Below are positions 12,182 through 26,482 of a stretch of 64,000 nt of DNA, piece by piece. Under the pieces are notes generated by a model, which ran no database searches, had not been told where the DNA came from, and saw only the letters and a program-made list of their open reading frames with translations. This DNA comes from Lama guanicoe. Taxonomy: Eukaryota. How positions within the stretch are numbered: position 1 is the stretch's first letter; every line of letters starts with the position of its first letter. Made by a program: the position numbers and the translations under genes. The DNA lies in NCBI GenBank assembly GCA_013239625.1, contig MU054212.1, forward strand, positions 3,286,001 through 3,350,000, written 5' to 3'.

Positions 12182-14318
12182 CCCAGATTTCTGCACAATA
12201 CCTTTAGGCGTTTTTCTGTCCTATCTGTAGTCAGTATGGCTTATGCCAGGGTGCCATGAAGTTGTGTTTGAGGAGAAAGGCTGAGGCTACAACCTGGAGG
12301 AGCGAGAGCAGAAGTACTGATGGGACGGGAGGGCAGCACCGTCACTGCTCTCGCTCAGGGTTTGCAATCACTGAGGAGCAAACATTTCAGCATCCTTCAA
12401 ATACGTGACTCAGATAAACTTAAAAGTTTAAAAATGTATTTACCATCCCGCTCTGTTCAGGAATTTTGCTATTGCCAGGATATGGTCCCAGACATGAGTG
12501 GGTTTGTCCCTTCCCTTAAATGAAACCACCTTAATAAAAATGCTGTTTTTCCTACAACTTCAGCAAGAGCCCATGTCTTACACTAAAGCTTGGCAAGACT
12601 GTGTTCCAGCGCGAGCAGATCTCTGTTCAGAGCTACATGAACACAAACTGGAATGGACTTACAAACAGCATTAAAAGTTAATGAAAAATCATCCTTGTAT
12701 ATGCCGAACAACAAAGAAAAAAGTCAAAGAAAAAAATCTAATTATGTGCTGCTAGTTATAGTTAAGACTTAAGTAATTATTCTGAATTTGAAATTTAGAT
12801 CATTCCCTCCCTCCTTGATGTAATTATCCATTAGCCTTCCTAATGCACATTTTTCATGTCAAGCGAGCCGGAACTCCAAACCGAGGAGGTGGGGCTGCAA
12901 GAGGGAACGGGGGAAAGGCAAATGTGATGCCCATGGAAGCCTAAGACTGTAGGAAGACATCAGCGTTTATTGCACAATCCATCACGAAAATGTGCAGGCG
13001 CGCCGAGCTATCTTTATCTGGTCACAATACAAGGGAAATAGATATGAACCCAATACATCTCCAGTGTGACTACTCAAAGGGAAAAAAACAAGCCGGAAGA
13101 AGCGAGTTGTTAAGTGAGTGGAAATATCAGCATTTTAGGGCAGAAGGGAAACCTGAACAATCTCTATCATAGCTTCCTTGTGTTTTAGGTCAAGAGACAC
13201 ATTTGGGTGGACGGAGGGCCTCAGCCAAGGACACACGGCTACTAGTTGGAGCTCCCTTGGTGCTAATCAGTGACTATCTCCCTCTCTAAAACATACACCT
13301 ACTAGGAAAAAACACAGAGATCAGGCAGTGTTCTTTCAACAGACGGACTTCTCAGAATCTCCAACACAGTGACTCTGCCAGTTTGCCGAGGATCTACTCT
13401 AATTAAGCACCCAGAGGATGGGCTTGCGGGTGACCCACGCACTGTGAGATGGCCCTGAGCTGACAACTCCAATGAGCACCACCCCTGTAAGTCTCTAGCC
13501 TGACACTGATGTTCTGGGTCTCCTGAAATTAGTGTGAGTTCAGGGCCAGGGTCCAGTAATTCTCCAAAAGACTGATTATTTCTTTTTCTCCAATGAACAG
13601 TCCTCCTGGTGAGAGGCCACAGTATTCAGTAACACCTTAGTGCATCTTTTGGAATTACGTGAGTTTTTTAAATTAGAAATTTAAATTGTAGAATAAGATA
13701 GTCCTTCGTGCCATGAAGACAGAGTATCATGTCCTGGGTTTAGTGAAATTCCAGAGCAACAGAACAAGAAGGGGCAAGAAGTCTGGGGAGGGCAGAGGGG
13801 TAATGGGGAGAAATGTCAAAAGACAAGGGAAGGCTCACTCGTTCCCCCAGGACACCCTATCAGTTCTCCAAATTGCCACAGAGCAGCTTGCTGCAAAGCA
13901 GACATAAATATCGTGGCAACAGAAGAGGCCATTTTAACGCACTGACACCAAGCGTGTGGTCTGTTAGGATCTAACACGACAGCCAGAGTCTGGCAACACG
14001 GCTACTCTCTGCAAACCACCGCCACCAGCAGCACAGACGACCGTGCGTCTGTGCATTCCAGACGGGGCCAGGCAGCTGAACTGGTACCCTGTCACGTCTT
14101 CACAATGCTCCTCTCTGGCTCAGGAGTCCTCTCTCCTCGCCTGCTGCAGTCTTTGGCCTTCAATGTCTCTCATGAATATTCGGAGAATACAAACACAGAT
14201 CAATGGATGTGAAGTTATGAAGTTCTAGGAGCCTTACGAGGGAGCTTTCTGGAAGGCATGGCAACACAATTGTTTGAAGTTGATATAATGATTCACGTAG
14301 TAGTGCTATTCACTGTAC

Positions 14319-14323
<5 letters not shown>

Positions 14324-14349
<26 letters not shown>
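14324..14349 (+). repeat. Poly-A tract
   Basis: Directly visible. Confidence 0.95.
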
Positions 14350-16699
14350 TAAGAATTCCAGATGCTAAAAATACACCTGAGATCTCATTTTCTTCTTAAT
14401 CAGAAATTGCTTCAGGGAAGAAGGCTCTTTGCCTTCTGGAATCCAACATCAGCCAAGTTAACTTGGCATCCTGGCAGAAATCAAGGATACCCTGACTCTT
14501 GCCAGTTGTAAACAGACAGCATGAAATTTAATGTAGGAGATACAGAGGAAAAAAGCTGCCTACCTGTTGCTGTGAATTAGACAAGACTTATGCTATTGAA
14601 ATTTCACTGGGTATTGCCTCGGTAGAATTTGAATTTGTTCAGTTTTGATTTTTCAAATGAACACCTGCCATTATGAGCTCAATCTAGCTGACGTAAGAAT
14701 ATTTCAGAAGAATGAGGAACCTATTAAATTCTTCCGCGACTACCAGTTTTCCATTTAAAGCACATCACCATTTCCCCCATCTATTCCAGATCGCTCATCA
14801 CTCTTTATCGCTCTTTCAAAAACAGAGCATCTCGCTCTCTGGATATGAGACTTCAGGTTGCAGTTATGTCTTTTTCCCTAGCTGTGGGTTATCGGACATA
14901 CCTTCGATCCAAAGCAAACTGGGAGTCTCTACCTAATTTTCTGCCAGTGGTTCAGTGAATGAACTTCTGATTTCTGTTGGTTATCGAATTGCTTCTGGGA
15001 ATGGACGTAAAATGCAGGCACTGACCCTTAGTGTCAATCGTAAAATTCTGAGCCCAAAATTCAGAGGCAATTCCATTGTTTACAGTGTATTTCTGGCAGC
15101 GTGACCATAAGCAGCCTGACTGCTTTATGGATTTATCTGTCTCCTGAGCAGACTTAAAAGAAGGCTTAGTAAAACCTACATCGGTTTATTGAGTGCATGA
15201 GAGCTGGCTGTCACCCTTGTCTTCTCCCCCTAAGGGGTATTTTTTGGCTTTATGCAACTGAAGAGAGTTTTAAAACTGAGTTTTGAAAGTTTGAAAGTAA
15301 AGAATTTCCTAGTGTTACTAAATATGTCTTTCTTAGCTAATTATTTTATGATGAGTCATGTAGAAACCTTGGGGACTAACGATAAAAATCATTTGTATTT
15401 TAAAGTCACATTTCATATTACAAGAAATGCAAAATTGTGTGAGCCTGGTTTATATGAGCTAATAATTCATAATAAATTGGTTATAAAAGTAATCTGAAAG
15501 CTGTTCCTAGGACCATGAAATATATAAATATTTATGTCTATTGCTTTTCATTTGCAAACAACTATTAATTGTGATTTTACCCATACAGTGCATGATAAGC
15601 ATTCTGGAATTCTACATTTATCATCGTGATGTTTTTATTAAGAGCACGTTAGGGTATTTCCATGAGTACTCTGCTCAGTGCACGGCTACACCATGGAAAG
15701 CTGGACGTTCCGCCTCTGTTACTGCTTCTGCTCCGAACGGAACCAAACCATTTTGATGTCAATTTCTGGCCTCAATTTTTAAAAAAATGAATGTGGAAAA
15801 TTCTCTCTCCATCAAGCATCTTTACTAACTCCGTAGCCAGCTGCCACCCACGCAACAGTTAAATGTCATCGGAAAAGAAGAAACTGGCGCCTGTGCAGGA
15901 TGAACCTTGTTCCTTCTCCAGGATGGGTCCAGACAAACGGGAACCTTCCCGAGACAACGTCACTGTGGTCAACACTCTTCCTCATGGGCTTTTAAAAATC
16001 ACTAACACTGGGGACAATGCTTCTGCACTGAGGGCCACACATAGGGGCTGCCCAAGTGAGTTTAAAATCTTCTGGAAAACAAAGAAGTCTCTCAAGGGGA
16101 AAACTGAGAAAATAAGAGAAGTGAGAGTTCTGAGCAAAAGGACAGAAACTTACAAAGCACATTTCTTTATCCTAGAGAAAAGCCAGAAAATTATATGACA
16201 CTGCAAGTTAACTACATTGTCACTATAATACTGCCTGATAAAGAAGTTCTGCACAAGTCTGTTACCACGATAGGAGCACTCCTCTTTCCATGAAATCAGA
16301 CGGTGGCTTCTCACAGACTCTGAGAAAACATCACTTTCATGGCTATGCAAGTTGGGGGGCAGCCACGCACGCACCTAAGAGAGAAGGCATATACCTGTGT
16401 TTCTTTTCCAGGATTTCTCAGAATTTTCAAATTGAGCTGGCCAACTCCCACCTGTCATGGCCAAGGGAAGCGCAGGCCAGGCACAGGGGACGCCACGGCG
16501 AAGTGGCCTGCTGGTGCCACCCTCACAGATCGTGTGGCCTGATGGGTTAAGGGTGACGGGCAGGATCTCAACCAACCCTCCTAATCTCCCGTCATGAGTG
16601 TTTCGTGGGGAGGCACAGCGAGCACACAAGAGGGGCAGCTCAGACGTCGGAGACACAGGAACTGCAGGGCCCTCGGGTTCAGTGGCCCCGGGACCAGGG

Positions 16700-17350
16700 A
16701 AGCAGGTGAAATTTAGCACAGTTGGAGGGGAAGTGCCACGTGACCCCGGTGGCCAGAAATGAGTCTGGAGAGTTAAGCAGAGGTTGTATCGTGAAGGGCC
16801 TCCACAGGCAAATTTTGCAGTTTAGGTTCATACCAAGAGCCACTGGGGGCGAAGAAGAGCTTCACGAGGGAAGAGGAGAATGGAGGCATCGCCAATAGCA
16901 ACGAGGCCTCTAGATCGGGGCGACGGCCTCGGCAGTGAAACGGGACGGACTGGAGAAAAATGATGAGGTGGGCTTTGTGCTTCCTGAGTTTAAGGGATCT
17001 GTGGGGCATTCACACAGAGAGGCTGGAAGCAGATGGCACAAGGGACCAGGGTTTGAGGGATGGGGTGACACCGGGCGAGCTTGCAGGTGGGAGGGAAAGA
17101 GGCCTGAGGGCAGAAGTCTGAAGAACACCAACACCTAAGGGATGGGAAAAAGGAAACAAAGTCGTCTGAACAAGGAACTGAGACCACAGCCAGAGAAGGT
17201 AGGGAAAGTGGACGAGTCTGTCCTCACGGACATCAAGGGAAGGTGGCATTTTAAGAGCCACTAGTATCTAAAACTGCAGAGAGCGAAGAGGGACAAGAGT
17301 GGAACACGCAGAGGACTGGGAAGGACTTGCTGGACTTGAGGGCAGGCAGG
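16700..17350 (-). mobile_element. L2 fragment (probable)
   Basis: Purine-rich L2-like text (gagccactggggg, ctgagtttaagggatctgtggggcattcac). Confidence 0.5.
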
Positions 17351-19779
17351 ATACTGGGGGAACGGGGCCCGCGGTGGATGAGGAGGGACCGCAGGAGGTA
17401 AGGGCAGGGTGAGCGAGCATAATAGAGCAGAGAGAGTGATTACACAAAGTTCTTTTATGAAGTTAAAGGAGCAGGGGAAGGGGTATACTGGGGGGAGAGG
17501 AAAAATGTGGTGGAAAGCACTGGGAATTTGGGGTGGGTTGAAGCATGTATAGATACAGACACAGAAGTGACAGAGACGAAAAGACAGGAAGAGAGAAGAA
17601 AGAGAAGATGGGCAAGATCACCAAGGAGGCAGACCACTTAGGAGACAAAATATGAGTGGGAGGAGGAGGACGATGAAGATCGAGGAGGAAGATGGAGAAG
17701 CTGGGAGAAGGGCCAGCGATGGGGTGGACACAGATCAGCCTGTATGTCGTTAGGAGGAAGCTCTGAGAGCTTCCTTTCCTGTGAAGTAGGAGGGGAGGTG
17801 GTCTGCAGGGAGACATGGGGGAGGGGACGTGCCCGGAGCGCGAGGGAGAAGGTCACACACCTGCAAACTGCCTCTCTGGAAAACGAGAGAGAAAAAGCTC
17901 TCGGGAACCCGGGACTGCCAGGTCACATTCAGAGCCCGGCAATGTCTCCTGCTACCAATGTGTCTCCCATCATTTCCCATCACAGTCTACAGCTGCCAGA
18001 TATAAAAACAGCCAGACAGGCTGATCTTGAGGGATGACACCATGAAACGGACTATTTTGTATAACAGTTAGTTTATGAGGATTCATGACCTGAACAAAAC
18101 ATCCCTGCAAGAATATTCCAAATGGATTGAACGACCCCCTAGAAGGGGACAGTATTTTTCCCCAACACCTTGAGCCTAGGAAAGTGGGGGAGACTGGCCA
18201 GTGCCTATGCCTATTCCAACTTTTGGAATTTCTCATTATTAATAATTTTAATAGGATACTCATTAATTACATGATTTCTGGGTTATGCATAATACACCTA
18301 TGGGACTGTTTAACCAAAGTTAGACAAAGTTGTTCAATCCTTCAGAAGAGGCCCTGTGGAACACGCAGAGCTGCAGAGCACGCAAATGCGCGGAGAAGGC
18401 TGTGGCCGTGCTAGAGGCTGGCTGAGGGGCTGTGAGTCCTGCAGAAACGGGCAGCTGCTCTGTCTCCGGAATCTCTCTCCCGGTTCTCCCCATCGAGCCC
18501 TTTGCTGGGGTCTCCTGGGTTCCAGGAGTGAGGGTCCTGACCCTCCGCGGGCTGCCAGTCGGGGAGACAGGCATGAAAGCAAATGTTTGCAACCCGGACT
18601 GAGTCACGCCACGAGAGATGGGGATAAAGGCTGCAGAGTAGGAAGGGGAGCCTAGGGATGAATGCTGTCTGCTGGATTAGCACAAAAACATTGACTTTCA
18701 ATCCCATATATGAAACCCAATGGAACTCTTGGCAATCTGTGACTCGGGAAACACAGCAGAGAGTACACTTAATGAAAACTAAGAGCCCCCTTTTCTTTAA
18801 AAACAATCCATGTTTTCTTTTCAGGTTTTATTCCTCTTTAATATGGGATGACCTAGATACCATCAAATTTCCCATCAAATCTTTTAGTTGCTTGATTTAC
18901 TCTTGAAAGGGATGTGCCCAGAGACACTGGTTCTGTACTGCTGAACCTTCTTTTGAAGTCTGGGGCTGTTACAAGGCGAAGCTCTTCTTCGTGCAGATTT
19001 TTCCGCTGGAGAACAGAAGCTACATCCTTGCTCCTGGTGAGGCACCTGGCTGCTAGCCTTCTAGACCAGGTTTGGGAATGGTTATGTTCAAGGAAACAAA
19101 CTGAAAATGCAAAGCGTCCTGAGTCCTCCTGTATCTCAAGGGGAAGGGAGGAGGGAGGGAAGCCAGTATGGAGGGAAGGGGAAGAGCATTGTAGGGAGAA
19201 TAGGCAGTTATCAGGAACCTCATTTCGTTACTTCCTGTCTATTGCAAATTTGAGCCTTTTCATTGCTTCTCTCTAAAAGGAGAAGGCTGGGGCGAGATGA
19301 CGCTTCCGTATTTGCAGTTTATTTTTACTAGGAAAATCAGAGAGTTTGGACTAGGTGGTATTACATACTGAACCCGTACTCCCCGCCAGCTAATCTGCCC
19401 ATCACCACGAATTATGTAACGAGTGGGGTCTCTGCCTTCATACTCGAAGTCCACACTAATGTCAGGTAGTTATTTTAATCGATTTGCAATGAGCTGCTAA
19501 CTACTCCTGTGGCATGCCAATAAAGCAAGAAGTGCTGTGAGTGCAGGTTCTGTGGTTTGTATTTGTATCTTTCGTTAAACATTTTCAGCGCCCTAAGAAG
19601 TCTTAATTTTGATTTGGAAATCTGTGAGTCCACATAAACATTTCTGTATCCATCTTACCAGGATTTTCACTGAACGTTTGCAGTGGTCCAAGAAGTCCTA
19701 ATTTTGATTTGCCTGAGCAGACAGGAAGATACCATATGAAATCAGAGAATCTTGAAGTTGATGTTATTTGGAAAACATG

Positions 19780-20200
19780 CAGTTTGACAGCTTTACAGGA
19801 ACTCTCAAATATGTGAACAAAGATACTATACAGGAGTGTTCTTAACAGGATTGTGAGCAAAAAAAATCAGAAGCACCTTTAATGCATATCGGCTGAAGAA
19901 TGGACAAAGGAATTGCAGCATATTCACATGACAAAATATTACATGGCACTCAGGTGAATGAATTCAAGCTACAAATATCAATATACGTAAAACTCGAAGA
20001 CCTAATGTTAAATGAAAAAGCAAGTTGCAAAAGGCTATATATGGAGAGACACCTTTTAGGTAAGGCTAGAAATATGAAAAAGGAATACACATAAGTGCCA
20101 AAAACATTAGAGATGTGCACAGGAATGCGGTGATAAAGGTCAAGTTCAGGACAGTGGTTACCTGAGGAGAGCAAGGAAGAAGGGATGAAGATTGGAGAAG
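19780..20200 (+). mobile_element. Ancient L1M-type 3' fragment
   Basis: Decayed L1 3' motifs (taatgttaaatgaaaaagcaagttgcaaaagg, cagtggttacct). Confidence 0.6.
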
Positions 20201-21269
20201 AAAAGACACCAGAATCTGGAGAGATTAGTCAACTTGTTCAAGGACACAAAACAGGCTAGAAACTAGAGCCCAGCACTTTCCACTGCAGAACACCACTTCC
20301 AAACTGGAGAGCTTCTGAGCCTGTCTTTATTTTTATGTCCCTTTCAGACCCAAAATGAGAGCCACAGGGAATTTAACATTATAAGGGATCTTAAAAAGTC
20401 ATCATGTGAGGCAACTCCTCCCTCAATTTTCGACTTTTCCTAACAACGTGACTGCCTAACGGTGATCCAGCCTTTGTTCACAAAACACAGCAAAAGGGAA
20501 AAATAACCCTCTGCAGGTAACATCCCTAACCTCAAGGAACATATTTCAGGATACCCCTGGAGCAAATGCCCTGCAAACCAAACACTGCAAATTCTGCAAA
20601 ATCCTGTGTTAATTAGCAGCCTTCTTTAGCTTAGCTTTTGAGGTGGGTTGATGAATTTAGTAAAGACTTACTGAGCAGCTACTACGTGCCAAGTGCCACG
20701 CTAGGTGTTAGAGCACAGCTGTGAGCAAGGCAGCATCATGTGGACCACGTAGTAAAATAAAATAAAACCAGTGAGGGACAAGGAAAATCCAGCAATGGAA
20801 ACAGCGAAGGAAAACACATCCCAGGAAGAGAGAACAGCTAACACGAAGGCCTCTCTGAGAGGGGAAAAGTCATGTAAAAGAAAGATCCGTCCAAAGGTGG
20901 CCAGAGGGGGCTAGTGGTCATTTGATTAAAAAATGGTTGCCACCTTCATCAAAACCAGAGAAAATAACTCAAACAAGTAACTTATTAAAAAAAAAAAAAG
21001 CAATTTTATTTTCCTGACTATATGATCGGCAGTAAGCATAAAGTCTTCCCATGCTATAAATGGCTTTGCTCCAAGTCAGGTATACACAAGCCCCCTGGGA
21101 GAAAACAGAATTTCAATACAGCAACAACATGATCAGGATGAACAGCTTGATTTTGGCGGAAAAGAATACACCTTCTCATTAGAGAGACTCAAGAGAAAAG
21201 AATTAGGTCAAACCAGTCTAAAAGCAAAACTTCATATGCCACAGAATACACTTAGTTTGAAAAAAGCAA

Positions 21270-21505
21270 GCGATTACGCAAAGCATAATCAGCCAGAGAA
21301 GGACAAATACTGCATGATTTCTATTCCACAAGGACTCTAAACAAACCCCAACCCCCCAAAACAGTCAAGTTCACATGTACAGAGAACAGACTGGTGGTGG
21401 CCAGGGGTGGAGGGAGAGGGTAGGAGAAATGGGTGAACTGTTTTTGGTTTTTTTATTTTAAATAAATTGATTTCTTTTTTAAAAATTTTAAAATGAAAAA
21501 AAAAT
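21270..21505 (+). mobile_element. LINE-1 3'UTR fragment
   Basis: agccagagaaggacaaatactgcatgattt...agagaacagactggtggtggccagggg...gggtgaa, then an A/T-rich tail. Confidence 0.75.
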
Positions 21506-22119
21506 TAGTCCTGAATAATAATGCTCAGAAGTTATTAGATTTTTACAATGTAGATAAAACCAAGGAACAGTTTTTGTTTGGAATGGTTGAGACTAAACTT
21601 GATTCTGGAAAATCTCAACAACAACAAAAAAGAAATAACATAAGGTATTCAGTGGGGTGTTCGATTTTTCACTATTTTGTATATTTAAAAATATGTGTAA
21701 ATAATTTTTTACTACTTGATAGGGGATTTTATTAGATATACGTATTTCTAACACAGGTTTCATACAGTAATAGAAGATATCATATTTTAAAATAAATATA
21801 TAGTAAGTGTTACAGTTCAGAGAGTCACCAGGATCGTCATTTTTAAAACGGTTTAAAAGATCCGGGGTTTCATTCACCACGATCAGGCCGTGGAGGAAGG
21901 ACGAGCCTCATGCAGTGCTGGCCGGGGATGCAATGAGGACGATGAAGATGCAGAAGTTAAGGAAGTGGGTTCTGGCTTAACATATGGCGCTTTCTAAGGA
22001 AGTGGCTATAGAGTTGAGTGGATGCCCTGGGACGTAGTGGATCCTGTGTCCCAGAAATATTCAAACACAATCTATGCAGTCATTCGGCCGGATGTTGGAA
22101 AATCTGCTGAAGCATTATT

Positions 22120-22660
22120 TACCACCCGCACGACAATCCTATTGAGCACCTACCCAACAAATGCCCCAACCTGCAGAGCGAGCACACCCAGGAAGGGAGG
22201 CGGACAAGGTCTCTGTCCTCGTGGGGGGCGCAGAACAGTCAAGGGATGCACACAATTAATAATTAAGTCAACAGATAATTAAACAAAGTAATTGCTAATC
22301 ATGATCATTTCTCCAACGAAAATAAATAAAGTAAGGTGGTGGGGGAGGCTGACAGGTGGGTTGTGGGGTGATCAAAGTAGGTGACATCTGAGCTAAGCCC
22401 TGGCAGGTGAGAGCTGGGAGGAGAGCACTTCGGCTCTGAACCTGCGAGAGCGCTGAGCTAGCCAAGGGCTTGGGGTGGCAGAGGAAGCGAAGGGAAGCGG
22501 GATGACACCCTGAGGGAACAGAGGTGGGGCTCCCGAGGCGGGAACTGGCTACACCCACAGCTCTGTGGGCCCCAGGGACAAGTTTCTGGTAAAGGGAATG
22601 AGATAGCCCTGAAAAGTTTTGAACAGGGGAGTGGATGTGATCAGATTTATATTTTTTAAA
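22120..22660 (-). mobile_element. L2 3' fragment
   Basis: tattgagcaccta...ggtgacatctgagctaagcc...aaagttttgaacaggggagtg...tgatcagatttatattttt. Confidence 0.7.
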
Positions 22661-23564
22661 AACAGGTGGTGTACAAGATGATCTTTAAATTTTTTCAAAA
22701 GCTGAGATTCTGAATCTGTTATGCTGTCTTAACCCTGTCTAATTGCCCATACAAAACAATTGCGTACCACACCTTTTGGTACTTGTTGTGTTTAGCAGCC
22801 AGAGTCTACCCTGAGAAAGAGCAACAAGTCGCAAATTTCAACAGTAGCTGCGGGAAAAAAGTGACCCATGCTTGTGAGTTATCCTGAACTGGCCCTCCTC
22901 GTTCCTGCATCTTTCCCAGACATGTGTCTGTTCCGCTCTGATCTGGTCCCCTGCATCTGTTGACCTGGCCCCCACCGCTATGCCCCTCCCTCTGACACTT
23001 TTATCCGGTCAGCAATCCCATCACAGGCAATTGATCGGGCTCTTTCTCCTGGTCCCAACTCATTACTTTGCCTCAGAATGGAGGGCCTGTCTCCTTCCCT
23101 TCACAATGGACTGTCCTTTTGTACCAAAGCCTTGGCCTGAACCCAAGACTTCCTCCCTTACAATCCATGAGCGTATAGTCTCCTTGAGAACAGGGGTTAT
23201 ATCTGGTTCTCTGTTAGATCTCTGCATTCACCACACTGTTTGGCACCGACGATCATTAAGTCTTCAAAAAATACTGCTGAATGAACAAATTCTTGACCTT
23301 GGGCAGCCTGTCCGGACACGAGATCCTCCTGCACAGTGACCCTTCTCTCTGCCCCTCAATCTGCCATGCTCCTTCCAACACTTCCAACAACGACTCTGTG
23401 CCAGTTAGATTTCCCAGCGATTTTCACCAGGGCCAGAAGGGAGATTTTTTTTTTCCCCTCTTAATCGGTCAAGGCACAAATTTGAGTTCCTGAACTGTGG
23501 CTGAGTTGTAACTGGGGTAACTCAGGATAAGCAAGTCTGAGGATGCTCTGCATCACTTCCAGAA

Positions 23565-23790
23565 TAATAATAAAGGAGTTCACATTCATGGTGCAATACT
23601 GCTTGTGAGACACCATGCTAAGTGCTTTGCAGGCACTGTCTCCTGTAATCCTGTATGGAAACCATCATTATTCCCATTTTACAGATGAGGAAACTGAGGC
23701 TTAGACAGGCTAAGTGATTTGCCCAGGGTCATATGGTTAAAAAGGAGATCTGAGATTTTCAAGATTCCCCTGAATGTAAAACTTGTACTT
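23565..23790 (-). mobile_element. MIR SINE
   Basis: MIR core cccattttacagatgaggaaactgaggcttagacaggctaagtgatttgcccagggtca. Confidence 0.9.
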
Positions 23791-26265
23791 TTAACAAACT
23801 AGAAAGAAGAGCTGTATAAAATAAAATTCACAATAATACACATCCACATACTGAAAATCAGCACAAAGAAATCTATAATTTAACTGATGATAGTATTGAA
23901 GGATAGATGGTCATCTGGAACTCTCTGTTGTATAATTGGATAGATTTTCATTTCTCTATCACATATTTTTCCTCTTCACCTCCAAAAAAATCTTGCCCAT
24001 TCATAATCTTTCACTAGCGTATCAGAGCCCATTTAAGTGTTTTTCTTTTCTTTCTTTTTTTTTTGGTAATTCTGAAGCATTTTATTTTAATAAGAAGCAG
24101 CCCAGGAAAACTAAGAAGGCATAGAAAACAGTCCCTCCCTTAGTAGGTTTTTAAAAGCCTCAAAAGAAAAAAAAAGGCATGAAAAGAACCCCAGAGTTCT
24201 CCTATACCAGTGAAATGTATGTGAGATCAAACCATGCAGAGTTTTAAAACCTTCTCTATTTTCAAGTGATCTCTGGAACCAAAACTTCTTCCAAAGTTCT
24301 GTGAGTGACATAGTTCAAGTGTCCAAAACTCAGATTCTTTCCCCCCAATTTTTAACTTAACATCAAAACACACATTCGGATACTTTCTGGTTTAAAAAGA
24401 GGCTGCCCTTAAAAATGCCCGAAGCCCCTGACATTATCTGAAACACACCTGAAATACACAGGTCCCTGTCTGCCTGGAAAACTGCAGAACTACCGCCGGG
24501 GCACAAGCCAAGTACAAGGCAAAGTTCCAGATGGAAGCCTTATGAAAAAGAACGAAACTTTCCTTCAGTAAAGCAGTCATCTAAAGGAATCCTGGTTCTG
24601 ACGTTTATTCTCACTGTCATGAGGAGACTGTGGAAAATACTATATACTCCATTTAGGACATATTGAGAATCAGAGAAAGTACTTCTAGCAATCACAAATA
24701 AAAATTAAGAGGAGAAATTGTAAATGTTTCACCAGCCCAACGTAAGTGGAGAAAATAATTACCCAACTTGGAAAACGTATGAACTGGATTAAGAATCCAA
24801 TGTGCAGAAGAGATTATATACATCTATAAACTTGTGAATCCAGCTGAGGTTTACCACGTCAGTGATTTAAAAACCTCTGTACTGACGCTACGGCATTTAT
24901 TATACGTTTATCATGTCCACTTTTTGGTTAGGAGGCTCTTTTAGGGCTCACGAGGCATAGGAAAACCTAAGCGTGGGTCACACTTTGAAAACTCTAAGCT
25001 TTGTATCTTTGAGCCAGTCACTTAAAGTTTCCGTTTGAAGTCTCAGTTGCTTCATCTGTGCTCTAGGGGCAATATTCACCGCTTCTCCATCACAGAAGCA
25101 ATGTACAGGTCTGGACTTCAGAGAGACACCACCTGGGTTTGAACCCTAAAGGTCTTCCCTCTGCACCTAACCCTACACATGTGGGCCTTGGATAACGTTC
25201 TGACCCACCTGCAGCTCACTGTCCTTGTCTACACACCCAGAATATCACACCCAGGAAAACATCGTTAGGTTAAGAGAAAATACACGTAAACATTTGGCAC
25301 TTACTAAACTTTCAATAAATGGTAGCTATTGAGGTTGTGGACATATTTTGTAAACTGCATTATATATGGAAGGTTATGACATGACTTGACTGTTTCTTCA
25401 AATATCATGTGTCTTCCTACGGACCATAACACTTCTTCATTTGTCTACATATATGAATATAATTTCTTTTACATATTGCAGCCCCCTTGTGATACTTTTC
25501 TTGAGAAATTTACTAGGAGGCAATGATATTAGCAAACTTCCCAATATGAGGTGTCTTTGATTCTTCCTCCTTTGCTGCCATGGGGTCTACAGTCTGCAGT
25601 GAATTTTTAACACACTCATTCAATCAACACCTACTGCAGGCTTCTACGTGACAAGATCTATGCTAGGAATTATACTGCAGGAGGAGTTAGCCTATATATT
25701 TTATCACAGATGGTTTCATTAAATATTATAAGTTGTTATGATAAAACACTGCAGTGATAATATAGAAAACTTAAAAAATGTTATAGTTTCCATATAAGTT
25801 TTGACAATACATTACATACTCTGTTGAAAATAATTCTATGCAGTCTTTTCACAGGAGTTGCTATATAAATTAAATAAATCCAAAGTGTCTGTAAGGCTAA
25901 ACCAAGGAAAGGGACTTAAAGATGGAAACAAATTTTAAAATGATCATATTTGTGACTTAGTGTGGAATTACCTTTCAGAATAGACCCTTCAGGGCTTTAT
26001 ATCTGGAATAATTTTAAAATGGGCCACAATTGGAAACAAGTAAGAAATTGTTCTGTTTTTACTTTGTTTTTCTTAATAGTCACAAGCATAGGCTATTTCT
26101 ACTAATGGAAAACATGGATTTGACAACACCTATGTGTATATATTTCTACGATGTTCTAAAACATTTCCTTTAATCGTTATAAATATAATCCACTTTAACA
26201 GTAATTGAGTGCCTCCAATGTACAGCAATTACAAACTGAATGGTGAAAGTACAGGATAAGTATAG

Positions 26266-26482
26266 TAGGCAGCTTCAAACTACTGCTCCTGGACCAAACT
26301 GGCCGACCACCTGTTTTTGTAAATAAAGTTTTATTGGAACACGTCCTGATCCATTTGTTTACAAATAATCTTTGGCTGCTTTTTTGATCCACTGGCAGAG
26401 CTGAACAGTTCTGATAGAGACCATACGGCCTACAAAGCCTGAAATGATTTTTAATTTTTACTGAAAAGGTTTGCCAACTCTG
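26266..26482. mobile_element. MER58A-like DNA transposon
   Basis: cctgtttttgtaaataaagttttattggaacac...ggcagagctgaacagtt...agagaccatacggcctacaaagcctgaaat...aaggtttgccaactc. Confidence 0.88.

Noticed and set aside
16150..19276. Dense cluster of overlapping 60-130 aa ORFs on both strands
   Set aside because: Moderately GC-rich, partly L2-derived DNA; no consistent exon structure or recognisable domain.
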